Source: a virus (Duplodnaviria; Caudoviricetes). Taken from it: a stretch of 64,000 nucleotides of DNA. The DNA lies in the IMG/VR virus record IMGVR_UViG_3300005739_000025; one strand, written 5' to 3'. Shown here in pieces: positions 1 to 10,414 of the stretch (positions are counted from its first letter, which is position 1; the number at the start of each line of letters is the position of its first letter). A program made the position numbers and the translations under genes. The notes below the pieces were generated by a model. That model saw only the letters and a list, made by a program, of their open reading frames with translations. It ran no database searches and was not told the DNA's origin.

Positions 1-80
1 ATATTTGGATCCTTACATAATTTTACAGGAAAGCTACATTCCTTTATTATTAGACATTTATAGAATAAATATTCTATAGT

Positions 81-740
81 ATGCCGTTATCATTTGATCC
101 TTATCACCTTACGTTAATTTTTGTTGCATTAATTACTGGTGTTATATCCCCAGTTGTTATACAGGTTACGAAATATTACCTTTCTCTATTAAGACACCCT
201 AAAATTAATCAAAGATCTGAAATTGTAAATGTTCTAAAGTTAGAAGAAAAAATTACTTTAAAACTTGAGTCAATTTTAAATAGATATAAAGCTGATAGAG
301 TATGGGTTGTAGAGTTTCACAATGGAGGACACACATATACAGGTAGAGGAATGCAAAAGTTTTCAGAGACTTACGAGGTATCTAATAAAGGTATATCTTT
401 AGAAAGTAACAACACTCAAAATCTTCCTACATCATTGTTTAGTACTTCTCTAGTTGCAATTAGTAATAATTATTTGTATATTGAAAATGTAAATGATGAT
501 GAAAAAAAAATTGTTACATCTACAGCATTTAAAGAATTTTTATTAAATAGAGGAGTTAAAAGTTTTATAGGTCTTCCAATCAAAAATATAGAAAATAACC
601 TTGTTGGGATTCTTTGTTTAGATAATGTTTTAAACACTTTTCAGCTTAAAGATGCCGAAATTTATGAGCTTAAACAAGACGCCAGTATATTGGCCGGTTA
701 TTTGGAATCTATTTTAAAATATGTACAAAATAAGGAATAA
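81..740 (+). CDS. Membrane-anchored GAF-like domain protein; possible T4 gpT-like holin
   Basis: N-terminal hydrophobic helix (LTLIFVALITGVISPVVI) then GAF-like pattern (ADRVWVVEFHNG...SFIGLPIKNIENNLVGILCLD); TAAATA at 66-71. Confidence 0.5.
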   Translation: MPLSFDPYHLTLIFVALITGVISPVVIQVTKYYLSLLRHPKINQRSEIVNVLKLEEKITLKLESILNRYKADRVWVVEFHNGGHTYTGRGMQKFSETYEVSNKGISLESNNTQNLPTSLFSTSLVAISNNYLYIENVNDDEKKIVTSTAFKEFLLNRGVKSFIGLPIKNIENNLVGILCLDNVLNTFQLKDAEIYELKQDASILAGYLESILKYVQNKE

Positions 741-942
741 AATCTATTTACTTCTTACTCCAAAACAATCAGTGAAGACTCTCTCTGTACTTTTATTTTT
801 TATTGGATTGACATGTATTCCTGCTTCTTTGTTTGTTGTGTTATCGTCAGGTTATAATTTAGACAATAAAATTATGGGACTATTTATAGGTCTTTGGGCT
901 CCTACATTAATAAGTATAGCTAATTTTTTTAAAAATAATTGA
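721..942 (+). CDS. Small two-helix membrane protein
   Basis: Two hydrophobic segments; directly follows the holin-like gene. Confidence 0.4.
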   Translation: MYKIRNKIYLLLTPKQSVKTLSVLLFFIGLTCIPASLFVVLSSGYNLDNKIMGLFIGLWAPTLISIANFFKNN

Positions 943-972
943 TTTATAAAAAATTATAATTAATATATAGGA

Positions 973-2118
973 ATGGAATATAAAATTTACCGTCTACCGG
1001 AATCCATAACAAAAAATATTAAAGATCTCTCTATAGCATATGGAAGCTCTAATAATATTATTCCAAAATTTTTAATTACCTATCTCACAGGTCTAGGCGT
1101 TCATACAAAAAATTATTCTGACTATTTTAAATCTGATAAGGTTTTAGAAAAACTATTTAAAGAAGGTGAAATTATAGAAATGAGTGAAACTAAAACTCTT
1201 AAAAATGAGTTAATTAGTAGGGATTTATACCCAGGCGATGAATTTATAGACTCAGATAAAAATTATATGTTCTTTTATAAGGATAATATTATTAGAGTAT
1301 GCATGAACGAAGAGGTGAGCTTTGCAACAAACAAAAAGGAAAACTGTAATATTATCTTTTACTACTCTTTAGATAAACAATGCGCTGATGTTGATTTCTT
1401 TGAATTTATTAACAAATCAAAAGAACCAAAAGTATTTTTACTTAATCAAGAATTTGGAGATTATGTATTTTCTAAATTTACTATTTCACTTCCTAAGACT
1501 TTTGATCTTAAATTAAACTATGGAGATGAATTTGAAAAAACTAGTAAAAAACTTATCGAGTCTATTAACTCTAATCATTCTGGTTTATACATGTTTCATG
1601 GACCTCCCGGTACAGGTAAATCTACATATATAAAATATCTGTCTTCAATTTTAAAAAAGGACGTAATATTTTTTCCAACTAGTTTAGTTGGTAATATTAC
1701 TAGCCCTGAAATTGTTAATTTACTAACAAGAAAACAAAATTGTGTTTTGGTTTTGGAAGACGCGGAAAAAGCTATTATTAAAAGAGACTCTAATAATGAC
1801 TCATCTTTAGTTTCAACCCTCTTAAATATGACAGACGGTATCTTAGGTGACGTACTTAAACTTAATGTTATAGTTACCTATAATTGTGATAGAACAGAAA
1901 TAGATGAAGCATTATTAAGAAAAGGTAGATTAAAAGCAGAACACTCATTTAAAGCATTGAGCAAAGAGAATGCTATTAGGTTAGCTAAAAAACTTAAACT
2001 TGACATAAATGTAGAAAGTGAGATGACACTTGCTGATATCTTTAACTACAAGAAAGATGAAGAACTAATAGGCAATAGAGAGACGTTAACTGAAAAGAAA
2101 AGAATAGGGTTTATTTAA
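973..2118 (+). CDS. AAA+ ATPase
   Basis: Walker A GPPGTGKS, Walker B LVLEDAE, LLNMTDG and ALLRKGR arginine-finger region. Confidence 0.85.
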   Translation: MEYKIYRLPESITKNIKDLSIAYGSSNNIIPKFLITYLTGLGVHTKNYSDYFKSDKVLEKLFKEGEIIEMSETKTLKNELISRDLYPGDEFIDSDKNYMFFYKDNIIRVCMNEEVSFATNKKENCNIIFYYSLDKQCADVDFFEFINKSKEPKVFLLNQEFGDYVFSKFTISLPKTFDLKLNYGDEFEKTSKKLIESINSNHSGLYMFHGPPGTGKSTYIKYLSSILKKDVIFFPTSLVGNITSPEIVNLLTRKQNCVLVLEDAEKAIIKRDSNNDSSLVSTLLNMTDGILGDVLKLNVIVTYNCDRTEIDEALLRKGRLKAEHSFKALSKENAIRLAKKLKLDINVESEMTLADIFNYKKDEELIGNRETLTEKKRIGFI

Positions 2119-2509
2119 TTCTTTTTCTTTTTACCTTCAATCTTTTATACGGTCCTATATCCACTTTAGTAAAGAATATTGATAGTAATTTCCATATATC
2201 ATATGGAGTAAGAATATTAACAATTTTCAATTCTATTCTAGCTACCCAGCCTTCCCAATTTTTAGGGTACAAGTCATGAAGAACTTCATGTATTATTGTT
2301 GGAATTAATTGCTTTCTATGATCTATTTTTATAGATTCATCCCAACAATATTCTCCACAGATTCCTCTCATTCTTTTAAAAACAAAGTAACCTCTAGGTT
2401 TTTCTGAAATTCTTTTAATAATTCTTCTAAAAATATATCTTAATTGAGATCTTGTATATTCTTTAGGGTCTCTATTATGCATGTTTTTATTATAACGTTT
2501 AGAACCCAT
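2111..2509 (-). CDS. Putative zincin-like (HExxH) protein
   Basis: IIHEVLHDL motif. Confidence 0.45.
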   Translation of the reverse strand: MGSKRYNKNMHNRDPKEYTRSQLRYIFRRIIKRISEKPRGYFVFKRMRGICGEYCWDESIKIDHRKQLIPTIIHEVLHDLYPKNWEGWVARIELKIVNILTPYDIWKLLSIFFTKVDIGPYKRLKVKRKRIK

Positions 2510-2566
2510 ATATCAATATTTACAAAAAAAACTTGACTTTTGTTTTTGTTCCGTTATAATATGTTT

Positions 2567-3124
2567 ATGAAAGCTAAAAAACTAATTGATAATTCTAAGA
2601 TTAGTCATTTGCTAGATGGAGTTAATACTAATAATAAACTCTCAGTTTGGTGGTATGATCTTAAGAAATCTATTAGATATATGATACCCTATCAAATAGT
2701 TGACTTTTATAATAAAAAAATTGAAACTATTTGGAAACCAAGACATTCCAGAATCAGAAAAGCTATTCCAAAATACTGGATGGATTTAGATTATGTAATT
2801 GTAGAAGTTAATTTTGAGATTATTAAATCATTTTACGAGGATGAATATAAAGAAGGTTTAGTTGATTGGACCGTAGATAAAAGTCACTCAGAATTTGCTA
2901 ACTGGCTTGAAAGTTCTTATCGCTATATTAAATACATAAAACCGGAATTAGAAAAAGAAAAGGAGGCAGCATATCCAAGCAATGATATCTCAATCAAACA
3001 AAGAGAGAAAATGTCCTATAACGAGCTTTATGGAGAGGTGGACAAAATTGAAAAACACATTCATAGGATGGATACTAAAATTCTAACCGATCTAATAAAG
3101 TATAGAGATTTTCTTTGGACATGA
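2567..3124 (+). CDS. Hypothetical phage protein (start moved to ATG 2567)
   Basis: Long ORF; TTGACT...GTTCC-gt-TATAAT (2555-2560) lies 6 nt before the ATG. Confidence 0.6.
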   Translation: MKAKKLIDNSKISHLLDGVNTNNKLSVWWYDLKKSIRYMIPYQIVDFYNKKIETIWKPRHSRIRKAIPKYWMDLDYVIVEVNFEIIKSFYEDEYKEGLVDWTVDKSHSEFANWLESSYRYIKYIKPELEKEKEAAYPSNDISIKQREKMSYNELYGEVDKIEKHIHRMDTKILTDLIKYRDFLWT

Positions 3125-3230
3125 AAAGATTAGACGAAATAGTATTAATTATATTATTATTTGTAGGTTTTGCTGTTGTAGCTTGGTCTATTCCAATAAT
3201 ACTATATAATATAAAGTATATAGCCTATTA

Positions 3231-3461
3231 ATGAATATTGGAAAAATTAATATATGGGTAGGGTGGGTGAGGTTTTTTAAAACCTATTGGGTTCCCAAAT
3301 TTTCTTTTTTTAATGGAGGTAAGTACTGGAAAATAGGATTTTATTGGTTAAAATATTTAATAGAATTATCGGGACCTAAAAAAGATAACACTATTTATAA
3401 AAGAGTTACTTCTGAAGAACTTGATAAAATTTTAAACGAACTTGATGACTATGCAAACTAA
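3231..3461 (+). CDS. Hypothetical aromatic-rich protein
   Basis: ORF in operon, overlaps next start. Confidence 0.45.
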   Translation: MNIGKINIWVGWVRFFKTYWVPKFSFFNGGKYWKIGFYWLKYLIELSGPKKDNTIYKRVTSEELDKILNELDDYAN

Positions 3462-3852
3462 AGATACAAATTTAATTAATAATAAAGCGTTAAGACAGAT
3501 TTGGTTTGTCTGTGGACTGATTTGCGTTGGATTGGGTATTATTGGATATATTTTACCGGTAATGCCTGGAACTACATTTATGATTATTGCTTTGTATTGC
3601 TTTGCAAAAAGCAATGAAAGATGGCACCGATGGATGTTAAACAATAAATATTTTGGACAAACATTGAGAGATTTTAAAGCAGGTAAAGGTATGTCACTAA
3701 CAGCTAAAATAACAGCCTACACATCTATTTTTGTTAGCATTGCTATAAGTATGTTTTTTGCTTCCAATTTTTATGTTCGTGTATTTCTTATATTTTGTTT
3801 TGTTTTCGCAACTACATGTGTAGTATTGCAAAAAACTAAAAAGACAAAATAA
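3442..3852 (+). CDS. ybaN: YbaN/DUF454 family inner-membrane protein
   Basis: GLGIIGYILPVMPGTTFMIIALYCFAKSNERWHRWMLNNKYFG family signature. Confidence 0.8.
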   Translation: MMTMQTKDTNLINNKALRQIWFVCGLICVGLGIIGYILPVMPGTTFMIIALYCFAKSNERWHRWMLNNKYFGQTLRDFKAGKGMSLTAKITAYTSIFVSIAISMFFASNFYVRVFLIFCFVFATTCVVLQKTKKTK

Positions 3853-3882
3853 TTAATTATAAATCTTCTTGGTTATATAAAA

Positions 3883-4746
3883 ATGAGGTCTATAGTTATA
3901 GCTGATATTCATCAACGAATAGATTCGGTAAAGAGAATTTTAGAAACTGAAAAAAATTACGATGAAGTAGTCTTTCTTGGTGATTGGTTTGATTCTTTCT
4001 ACGAACCACCTAGAGTAGCAGGCATGGAAGAGACTGCTGAGTATCTTCGGTATCTTGTTATGGATCACCCAGACAAGTCAAAGTTTACTTTCTTAATTGG
4101 TAATCACGATCTTTCTTACATCTATAACAATAGAGCCTCTTCAACAGCTTCTATTCATAAGTCAATTAAATTTTATTGCTCTGGCTTTTCCACTTCAAAA
4201 GCTAAAAAGTTTCGTAAAGTTTTTTACGATGAAGGTTTAAAAGATGACTTCTTTTATAAAAACTTTAAAATTGCTCATCAGACTCAAGGGTGGACTTTAT
4301 CTCATGCTGGTCTTCATGAAGGGTACATCCCGGTAGGTAAAAATGCAGACATACTAGTTAATGAAATTATTCCTCATGTTTGGAAGAACTTTAGAGACTT
4401 TACTATCCCACATCATTGGCTTATTTCAGGTGCCGGGCATTATAGAGGAGGCGATTGCCCAATTGGAGGCGCTCTTTGGCTTGATTGGCGAGCTGAATTT
4501 GAAGCTTCTGAACATATTGGAAAACAAATTGTTGGACATACTACAATTAAAATGCCAGAAGTAATTCACATGAATACAAACAAAGAGTCATGGAATCTTG
4601 ATACAGAAAAAGATTATGGTGTTATTATTGGGGGAATGATGACAACTAAGCCTATTCCTATTCCAGAACAAAAAAACTATAAATTAAACAAAAATGTCTT
4701 GAGTGTTTCTCAAAATACTCTAAAATGGGATCATTATGACGGTTAG
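3883..4746 (+). CDS. Calcineurin-like metallophosphoesterase
   Basis: ADIH, GDWFD, GNHD, SHAG and GHT motifs in order. Confidence 0.85.
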   Translation: MRSIVIADIHQRIDSVKRILETEKNYDEVVFLGDWFDSFYEPPRVAGMEETAEYLRYLVMDHPDKSKFTFLIGNHDLSYIYNNRASSTASIHKSIKFYCSGFSTSKAKKFRKVFYDEGLKDDFFYKNFKIAHQTQGWTLSHAGLHEGYIPVGKNADILVNEIIPHVWKNFRDFTIPHHWLISGAGHYRGGDCPIGGALWLDWRAEFEASEHIGKQIVGHTTIKMPEVIHMNTNKESWNLDTEKDYGVIIGGMMTTKPIPIPEQKNYKLNKNVLSVSQNTLKWDHYDG

Positions 4747-4951
4747 AGAATTGATAGAAGAGCTACAAAAACATTCTCCAGATAAGATGGTATTGGTTTC
4801 TGGTTATGAAGAAGGGTATGATGTTCTTAAAAACGTTTATGAGATTAAGGTAAAGCATGATCCTTCTGCAAAAGATAAACATTGGAAGGGTGAATATACC
4901 GATTACCCTCTTGACGAATGCTTAATAAACGCTATACTATTACCTAGATAA
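4736..4951 (+). CDS. Hypothetical phage protein
   Basis: MTVRELIEELQK...LVSGYEEGYD; coupled to upstream gene. Confidence 0.55.
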   Translation: MTVRELIEELQKHSPDKMVLVSGYEEGYDVLKNVYEIKVKHDPSAKDKHWKGEYTDYPLDECLINAILLPR

Positions 4952-4952
4952 T

Positions 4953-5174
4953 ATGGCTGGTATATCAGAAAAAGAATATAACGAACAGGTTGACGAGTCA
5001 CTAGTTCTATTTGGTGGAGGCGCCCCGTGCGCTAATATTGATCCTAGAATGTGGGATGACTTTAAGCAACTATATAAACAATACAACGATTCTGTTCCCA
5101 GGGTAGTCGATTGGTCTTACGATCAAGTCTTTGAGTGGGTAGAAGCATATAACGAAAGTAATGAGGGAAATTAA
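4953..5174 (+). CDS. Hypothetical protein
   Basis: Tightly packed ORF in operon. Confidence 0.5.
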   Translation: MAGISEKEYNEQVDESLVLFGGGAPCANIDPRMWDDFKQLYKQYNDSVPRVVDWSYDQVFEWVEAYNESNEGN

Positions 5175-5725
5175 TGAGCCCAGAATTAGAGAATAAACTT
5201 ATAGAAAAGTATCCAATACTTTTTAAAGGTGTCAACGAGCCTGTAACTAGATCATGCATGGCTTTTGGTTGTGAGTTTGATGATGGATGGTATAAGCTTT
5301 TAGATGAGCTTTGCGAATATCTTACTAAGCTCTCAAAAAGAGAAGACCTTCTCAAGCTTAATAAGAAATATCACACTGAAGAAAATCACGGTTTTATGTA
5401 TCTTAAGCGACCTACAATCACCTTCACACAAGTTAAAGAGAAGTTTGGGTTAATGAGAATTTACTGGACGGGTAATGGTGTTGAGAATTGGGAAGAGGTT
5501 TGTGCCAAAGTTCATCAAGATGATAGAGAGAAAGCGGTGAACAAATATTATGATGAGGTACAGAACGCTATTGACTATGTTGAGTTTCTTTCTTCTAAAG
5601 TCTGTGAGGTATGCGGTGAGCCTGGAAAGCTCTACACTAACGGTTGGTATATGACAAAATGTAAAAAGCATATTATCGAGCGTTATGGCTTTGATCCAGA
5701 TGAAGGCGAGCAAAAAGAGTTTTAA
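5174..5725 (+). CDS. Conserved phage protein with C-terminal Cys motif
   Basis: FGCEFDDGWY, QVKEKFGLMRIY and CEVCG...C motifs. Confidence 0.6.
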   Translation: MSPELENKLIEKYPILFKGVNEPVTRSCMAFGCEFDDGWYKLLDELCEYLTKLSKREDLLKLNKKYHTEENHGFMYLKRPTITFTQVKEKFGLMRIYWTGNGVENWEEVCAKVHQDDREKAVNKYYDEVQNAIDYVEFLSSKVCEVCGEPGKLYTNGWYMTKCKKHIIERYGFDPDEGEQKEF

Positions 5726-5726
5726 T

Positions 5727-6731
5727 ATGAAGAGATCTCTTAACTATAAAGATATACATTTAATTCCAAATTACTCGAGACTTAAATCAAGATCTCAAGC
5801 TGACACTTTTGTCGATTGGGGTAAGTTTACGTTTAAGCTTCCTATCGTCCCAGCCAACATGGCGTCTTGTATTAGCTATGAGAAAGCAACATGGCTAGCT
5901 CAAAACGGATACTTCTACATCATGCATAGGTTTTATGATTATGATGAGATTTTAAACTGGATGCGAAGGATGAATAAATGTAATGATCTTCTACCGTTTA
6001 TCTCAATTTCCGTTGGTATTAAAGAACGTGATGTTAAATTGTTAGAGACAATTGTAGATGAAAAATTACGTTTAGATTTTGTTACTGTAGACGTAGCTCA
6101 TGGAGACCATGAAGAGGTTATTGATATGCTCAAATATCTTAGAGAGCTTAAGAGATTACTTTATCCTGAACTTTTTATTATAGGTGGTAATATCGCTACC
6201 TCTGATGCTTATCTTAGGATGATACCTTATTGTGATGCAGTTAAAGTTGGTATTGCTTGTGGCGCTAGCTGTATAACTTATAATAAGACGGGCTTTTCTT
6301 CTCCTATGTTCTCAACCGTACAAGCAATCGCTAATGAAAGAAGAGAGCTTGGTATAAGTGATTATGATATTTTACCTAAACCTCTACCCTTTATCATAGC
6401 TGATGGGGGTATTAGCTGTAATGGTGATATAGCCAAAGCTCTTGTTGCGGGTGCTGATATGGTTATGGCAGGATCTATGTTCGCTAGATGTATTAATTCA
6501 CCTGCTATAGTTGATCCCACAGATCCAACTAAGAAGCTTTATTTTGGATCAGCATCATCAATGAATGGTAATAAAAAGAATATTGAAGGAAGAACTATAT
6601 CAATGCCTATGAATGGTATGACGTATGAGCAAAAGATGAATGAGATTAAACAAGATTTAACATCAGCTATATCTTATGCAGGTGGAAATGATCTTGACGC
6701 CTTTAAAGATGTGGAATTTAATTTAATTTAA
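5727..6731 (+). CDS. guaC: GMP reductase (IMPDH/GMPR family)
   Basis: PIVPANM, DVAHG, VKVGIACGASCIT, IIADGGI, KALVAGADMVMAGSMFA, YFGSAS, EG, SAISYAGG. Confidence 0.85.
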   Translation: MKRSLNYKDIHLIPNYSRLKSRSQADTFVDWGKFTFKLPIVPANMASCISYEKATWLAQNGYFYIMHRFYDYDEILNWMRRMNKCNDLLPFISISVGIKERDVKLLETIVDEKLRLDFVTVDVAHGDHEEVIDMLKYLRELKRLLYPELFIIGGNIATSDAYLRMIPYCDAVKVGIACGASCITYNKTGFSSPMFSTVQAIANERRELGISDYDILPKPLPFIIADGGISCNGDIAKALVAGADMVMAGSMFARCINSPAIVDPTDPTKKLYFGSASSMNGNKKNIEGRTISMPMNGMTYEQKMNEIKQDLTSAISYAGGNDLDAFKDVEFNLI

Positions 6732-7859
6732 TTTGCTTTCTAGATCTTTAATTTTTAAAGATAATTCTTTAATTGATTCTATTATTAAAGGTATAATTTT
6801 TTCATATCTTACCCCGTAGTATCCATTATCTTTTAGAGTCACTGCTTCAGGTAAAACTTCTAAAATTTCTTGAGCTAAAACACCTACATCTTTACTAGGT
6901 AAATCTTTTATATTTTCTATTTTTTTATAAGTTTCATTCCAATTAAAAGTTACTCCTGAAATTTTATCTACTTTTTCTAAAGGATCTGCTATTTTAACAA
7001 TATTATCTTTTAATCTTTTATCTGATGTATTAAAAGCGGTAATATCTCCAGTTGCAGTAATATTTCCCGTTACTGCTAAACCACCATTAGAAATTGTTAA
7101 ACCACCAGCTGTTACTGTTAAACCACCAGCTGTTACTGTTAAACCACCAGCTGTTACTGTTAAACCACCAGATCCTACTGTAATATTAGAAGATGTAGAG
7201 ATGGACCCGTTTATAGAAATACCTGTATTGCCTGTATTGTTTGAAATTCTATCTATTGATAAAGCAGTTCGAATACCGGCAATTGATGTTTGACCTGTCC
7301 CCCCTCTCCCAACTGGCAAGGTACCATCCGTTAATTTATCCGTGCTTAAATTAGCAATATAAGCAGCGGCTACAGCACCAGCTGTTATTTTTCCTCCATC
7401 TATTCCCGTTGCTAGTTTTGCATTTGTAACAGTACCATCTGTTAGTTTAGCTCCATCTATTCCCGTTGCTAGTTTTGCATTTGTAACAGTACCATCTGTT
7501 AGTTTAGCTCCATCTATTCCAGAAGCAATTTTTTCATTAGTAATATTGCCATTTGTTATATTTCTTGATACCACACCATTATTAGCTATGTCTTGTTCAG
7601 TAATTGAAAATCTAGCTATTTGTCCTCCCGCAAAATTAGATCCAGATAAAGTAGCAGTTTGAATTTTATTAGCCGGCAAGGGTCTGATGGCTGCTGCTGG
7701 AATAGAGCCTGTACCAGCTTGACTTAGTAACCCCCCAAAGTTAGGATCTCTAACAAAATCGTAAACTGTTTGAGCTAAAACAACAAAATTAGTAAGTCCT
7801 GTACCTGTAATTAAATTCTGAGGATTGTTTAATGCATTTATTGAAATTTGTGTAGCCAT
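6723..7859 (-). CDS. Tail fibre protein with C-terminal peptidase S74 intramolecular chaperone
   Basis: C-terminal SDKRLKDNI...GVTFNW...GVLAQEI...GVRYEKIIPLIIESIKEL; fibre-type repeats; TAAATA 6 nt upstream of ATG. Confidence 0.8.
   Translation of the reverse strand: MATQISINALNNPQNLITGTGLTNFVVLAQTVYDFVRDPNFGGLLSQAGTGSIPAAAIRPLPANKIQTATLSGSNFAGGQIARFSITEQDIANNGVVSRNITNGNITNEKIASGIDGAKLTDGTVTNAKLATGIDGAKLTDGTVTNAKLATGIDGGKITAGAVAAAYIANLSTDKLTDGTLPVGRGGTGQTSIAGIRTALSIDRISNNTGNTGISINGSISTSSNITVGSGGLTVTAGGLTVTAGGLTVTAGGLTISNGGLAVTGNITATGDITAFNTSDKRLKDNIVKIADPLEKVDKISGVTFNWNETYKKIENIKDLPSKDVGVLAQEILEVLPEAVTLKDNGYYGVRYEKIIPLIIESIKELSLKIKDLESKLN
7095..7170. repeat. 21-bp tandem repeat (~3.6 copies; GGLTVTA) in tail fibre
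   Basis: tgttaaaccaccagctgttac units at 7095, 7116, 7137, partial at 7158. Confidence 0.9.
7394..7520. repeat. 57-bp tandem repeat (2 copies plus partial; IDGAKLTDGTVTNAKLATG) in tail fibre
   Basis: ctccatctattcc restarts at 7394, 7451, 7508. Confidence 0.9.
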
Positions 7860-8226
7860 TTATAATATTTAGTAAAAGTTTATTTTTTGTGTAATTAACA
7901 TAATTATTTATATGGACAACGAAATATCCTTTATAAAGCTTATAAATGCATTAAGTAGATGCAAGGACACAGTTCAATTATATATTAAAAAATCTGAACA
8001 CTTAGGAAATATTAATGGAAGAGATTCTAATTATTTTTTATCTATTCAACAAAAATTAGATGATATTATAAAGGAGTTGAATGGGTAAAGGATCAAAGTG
8101 GAGAAAAACAGATTTTAAGAAGTTTTTTAGCAACTTCGATGGAATCAAACCTGCAAACAAAAAACTTCATAAAGAAGAGGTTAAGAAAGCTGGAAAGACA
8201 ATTTATAAGTATTAATAAATACTTTA

Positions 8227-8877
8227 ATGGTTTTTAACTATAAAAAGCTTTTTGAACAGCTATTAAAAGAAATTGATGTAAAAAATATAGGATTTTTTCC
8301 AGGCAAATTTAAACCACCCCATAAAGGTCATTTTAAAACAGCCTCTGTTGCAGCAAAACAAAACGATGTTGTTGTTGTTTTAATATCTGATAAAGAACAT
8401 GAAGGTTATACCGCGGAGAAATCTTTTAATATATGGTCAATATACAAAAAATATATACCAAACATTTTTCCCTATATAGTATCACCAACCCCCGTGCTAG
8501 CGTGTTATGATTTAGCCAATATCTTAAACAATGGAGAATATAAAGCTTCTCCTAAATCACCAACTATTAAATCAAACGCAAATGAAATAGTAGATAACGT
8601 TCAAGAGATTAAATCATACATTAATGTTGGAAATAATATAAATCTTAATCTTTATTCATCTCCAGAAGATCAAAGCAGATTTAAAAATATCTTAAAGGCT
8701 CCATATATGGGCAGAAGTATTATGAAAATAGAATTTAAACCTGTAGATAGACTAACAAGTGCTACCGCGTTCAGAACAGCGCTAAAAACTAAAAAAGGAA
8801 TTAATAATTTCCTTCCAAGTAACATATCTAACGACGATAAATTAAAAATTATAAATATATTAAATGATTCCGTTTAA
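8227..8877 (+). CDS. Cytidylyltransferase-like (HxGH) nucleotidyltransferase
   Basis: FPGKFKPPHKGH and terminal TSATAFR motifs; TAAATA 5 nt upstream. Confidence 0.75.
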   Translation: MVFNYKKLFEQLLKEIDVKNIGFFPGKFKPPHKGHFKTASVAAKQNDVVVVLISDKEHEGYTAEKSFNIWSIYKKYIPNIFPYIVSPTPVLACYDLANILNNGEYKASPKSPTIKSNANEIVDNVQEIKSYINVGNNINLNLYSSPEDQSRFKNILKAPYMGRSIMKIEFKPVDRLTSATAFRTALKTKKGINNFLPSNISNDDKLKIINILNDSV

Positions 8878-10198
8878 AAAATTTCTACATTTAGATAATT
8901 GTATTTTATTAGAATCAAATACAACTTCAAAGCAAATGGAAACTCATTTGACTCATTTAGAAGATTTAGCAATTGAAAGAGGCAAACAGGGGTTTAATGA
9001 TTTTGTTTCAACTGTATCTCAATTTATAAAAAAAATTGAAGGACAGGAGTCTGATATAGATATTAATGCAAAAATAGATGGTTCACCGGCTTTATTATTT
9101 GGAAGAGATCCTAGAAAAGAATTTGAAGGTCAATTCTTTATAGCGTTGAAGTATGCTGTGGACGCTACAAAAGGTATAATAAAAGAAGGAGCTAAGTTAT
9201 TACACTCAGATAGAGAGATTCAACAATTTTATGGGGATAGACCAGATTTTGCTAAGCGATTATCAAACTTACTAAGAGAGTTAAATAGAGCTTATGACAA
9301 CTCTGGACTAATCTATCAATGTGATGTATTGTATGCAGCTGCTACAGACAAACAAGTTCAGGAAATAGATGGTGAGGATTATATAATCTTTAAGCCTAAT
9401 GTAATCGTATATGCTATTCCAGTAGATGAGAAGAGCGAGTTGTTTAACCAAGTTAACAATAGTGAGATAGGGGTTGTGGTTCACGATTCCTTTGAAGGTA
9501 TTCCTAAAGACAGTTATATTAAATTAAAACAAAAGACTAGAAGAATTACCAAATTAGTAAATTTTGCAAAAAACGCTAACGTGTTTATTATGGGAGCTAA
9601 TTTTTCTCAAGTTGATGTAAATGTTAATAACAAATTTACATTTCAAATTAATAGTTTACTAGGAGAGTGTGCACAATTAGTAGCCCAAATACCAGACGAA
9701 TTTAACAATACATATGTTAATAGTCAGATAATGGAATATCTAAAAATCTACATTAACAAACAAGTTGATATGCCAACAGGAGGTATTTTTGGTAAAGACT
9801 TTAAAGATAAAGACGTAAACAGATTTATAAAAGGTTTTATAGTATTTTTAGAAAATAGATTTAAAGTTATAATTGGAAAAAAGAAAACAGAAAGAGGTAG
9901 AATGGGTCAAACAGAAAAATTAAATTCGTTGATCGATTATATCAATAGCAATATTGAAAGTATGTTTTATCTATTAAAGTTGTTTTCCTTAATGATTAAG
10001 ATTAAAAAGCTCATTATGTCTCTAATAGAGCAATTAACTTATGCTCTTAAAAGATCATTCTTTCAAGCTCCAGATGGAACTTTTGTAGCAACTAAAGGCG
10101 AAGGTCACGTTCTCTTTAACGGTGATACCCATGTTAAGATAGTTGACAGATTAGAATTTACAAAAGTAAATAGAGCTGCCGGTGGAAAAAGAGGTTGA
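8864..10198 (+). CDS. Conserved T4-like phage protein (DUF6267-like)
   Basis: HLTHLEDL, KIDGSPALLFG, GEGHV and VKIVDRLEF motifs; recalled as the usual neighbour of cytidylyltransferases in large myophages. Confidence 0.55.
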   Translation: MIPFKKFLHLDNCILLESNTTSKQMETHLTHLEDLAIERGKQGFNDFVSTVSQFIKKIEGQESDIDINAKIDGSPALLFGRDPRKEFEGQFFIALKYAVDATKGIIKEGAKLLHSDREIQQFYGDRPDFAKRLSNLLRELNRAYDNSGLIYQCDVLYAAATDKQVQEIDGEDYIIFKPNVIVYAIPVDEKSELFNQVNNSEIGVVVHDSFEGIPKDSYIKLKQKTRRITKLVNFAKNANVFIMGANFSQVDVNVNNKFTFQINSLLGECAQLVAQIPDEFNNTYVNSQIMEYLKIYINKQVDMPTGGIFGKDFKDKDVNRFIKGFIVFLENRFKVIIGKKKTERGRMGQTEKLNSLIDYINSNIESMFYLLKLFSLMIKIKKLIMSLIEQLTYALKRSFFQAPDGTFVATKGEGHVLFNGDTHVKIVDRLEFTKVNRAAGGKRG

Positions 10199-10414
10199 TT
10201 TACACAAATATTCCTATATTATTTTAACAATGGGACACGGAATATTTCCAAATTACGGAAAGCAATGGATTAAGTCTGGAGAATTTAATAGACTTTCTCA
10301 TGCTGAAAAAAGCGCAGTATTTTTTCCTAGACATAAAAAGAAAGTAACCAGAAACATTAAATCGGAAGAAGAAGATGATTCATTTGCTAAGCGTAATAAT
10401 AAGAAAAAATAATT

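Noticed and set aside
7095-7520. Tail-fibre tandem repeats as a phase-variation or contingency locus
   Set aside because: Units are 21 and 57 bp (multiples of 3) encoding ordinary fibre repeats; they can change length but not reading frame.
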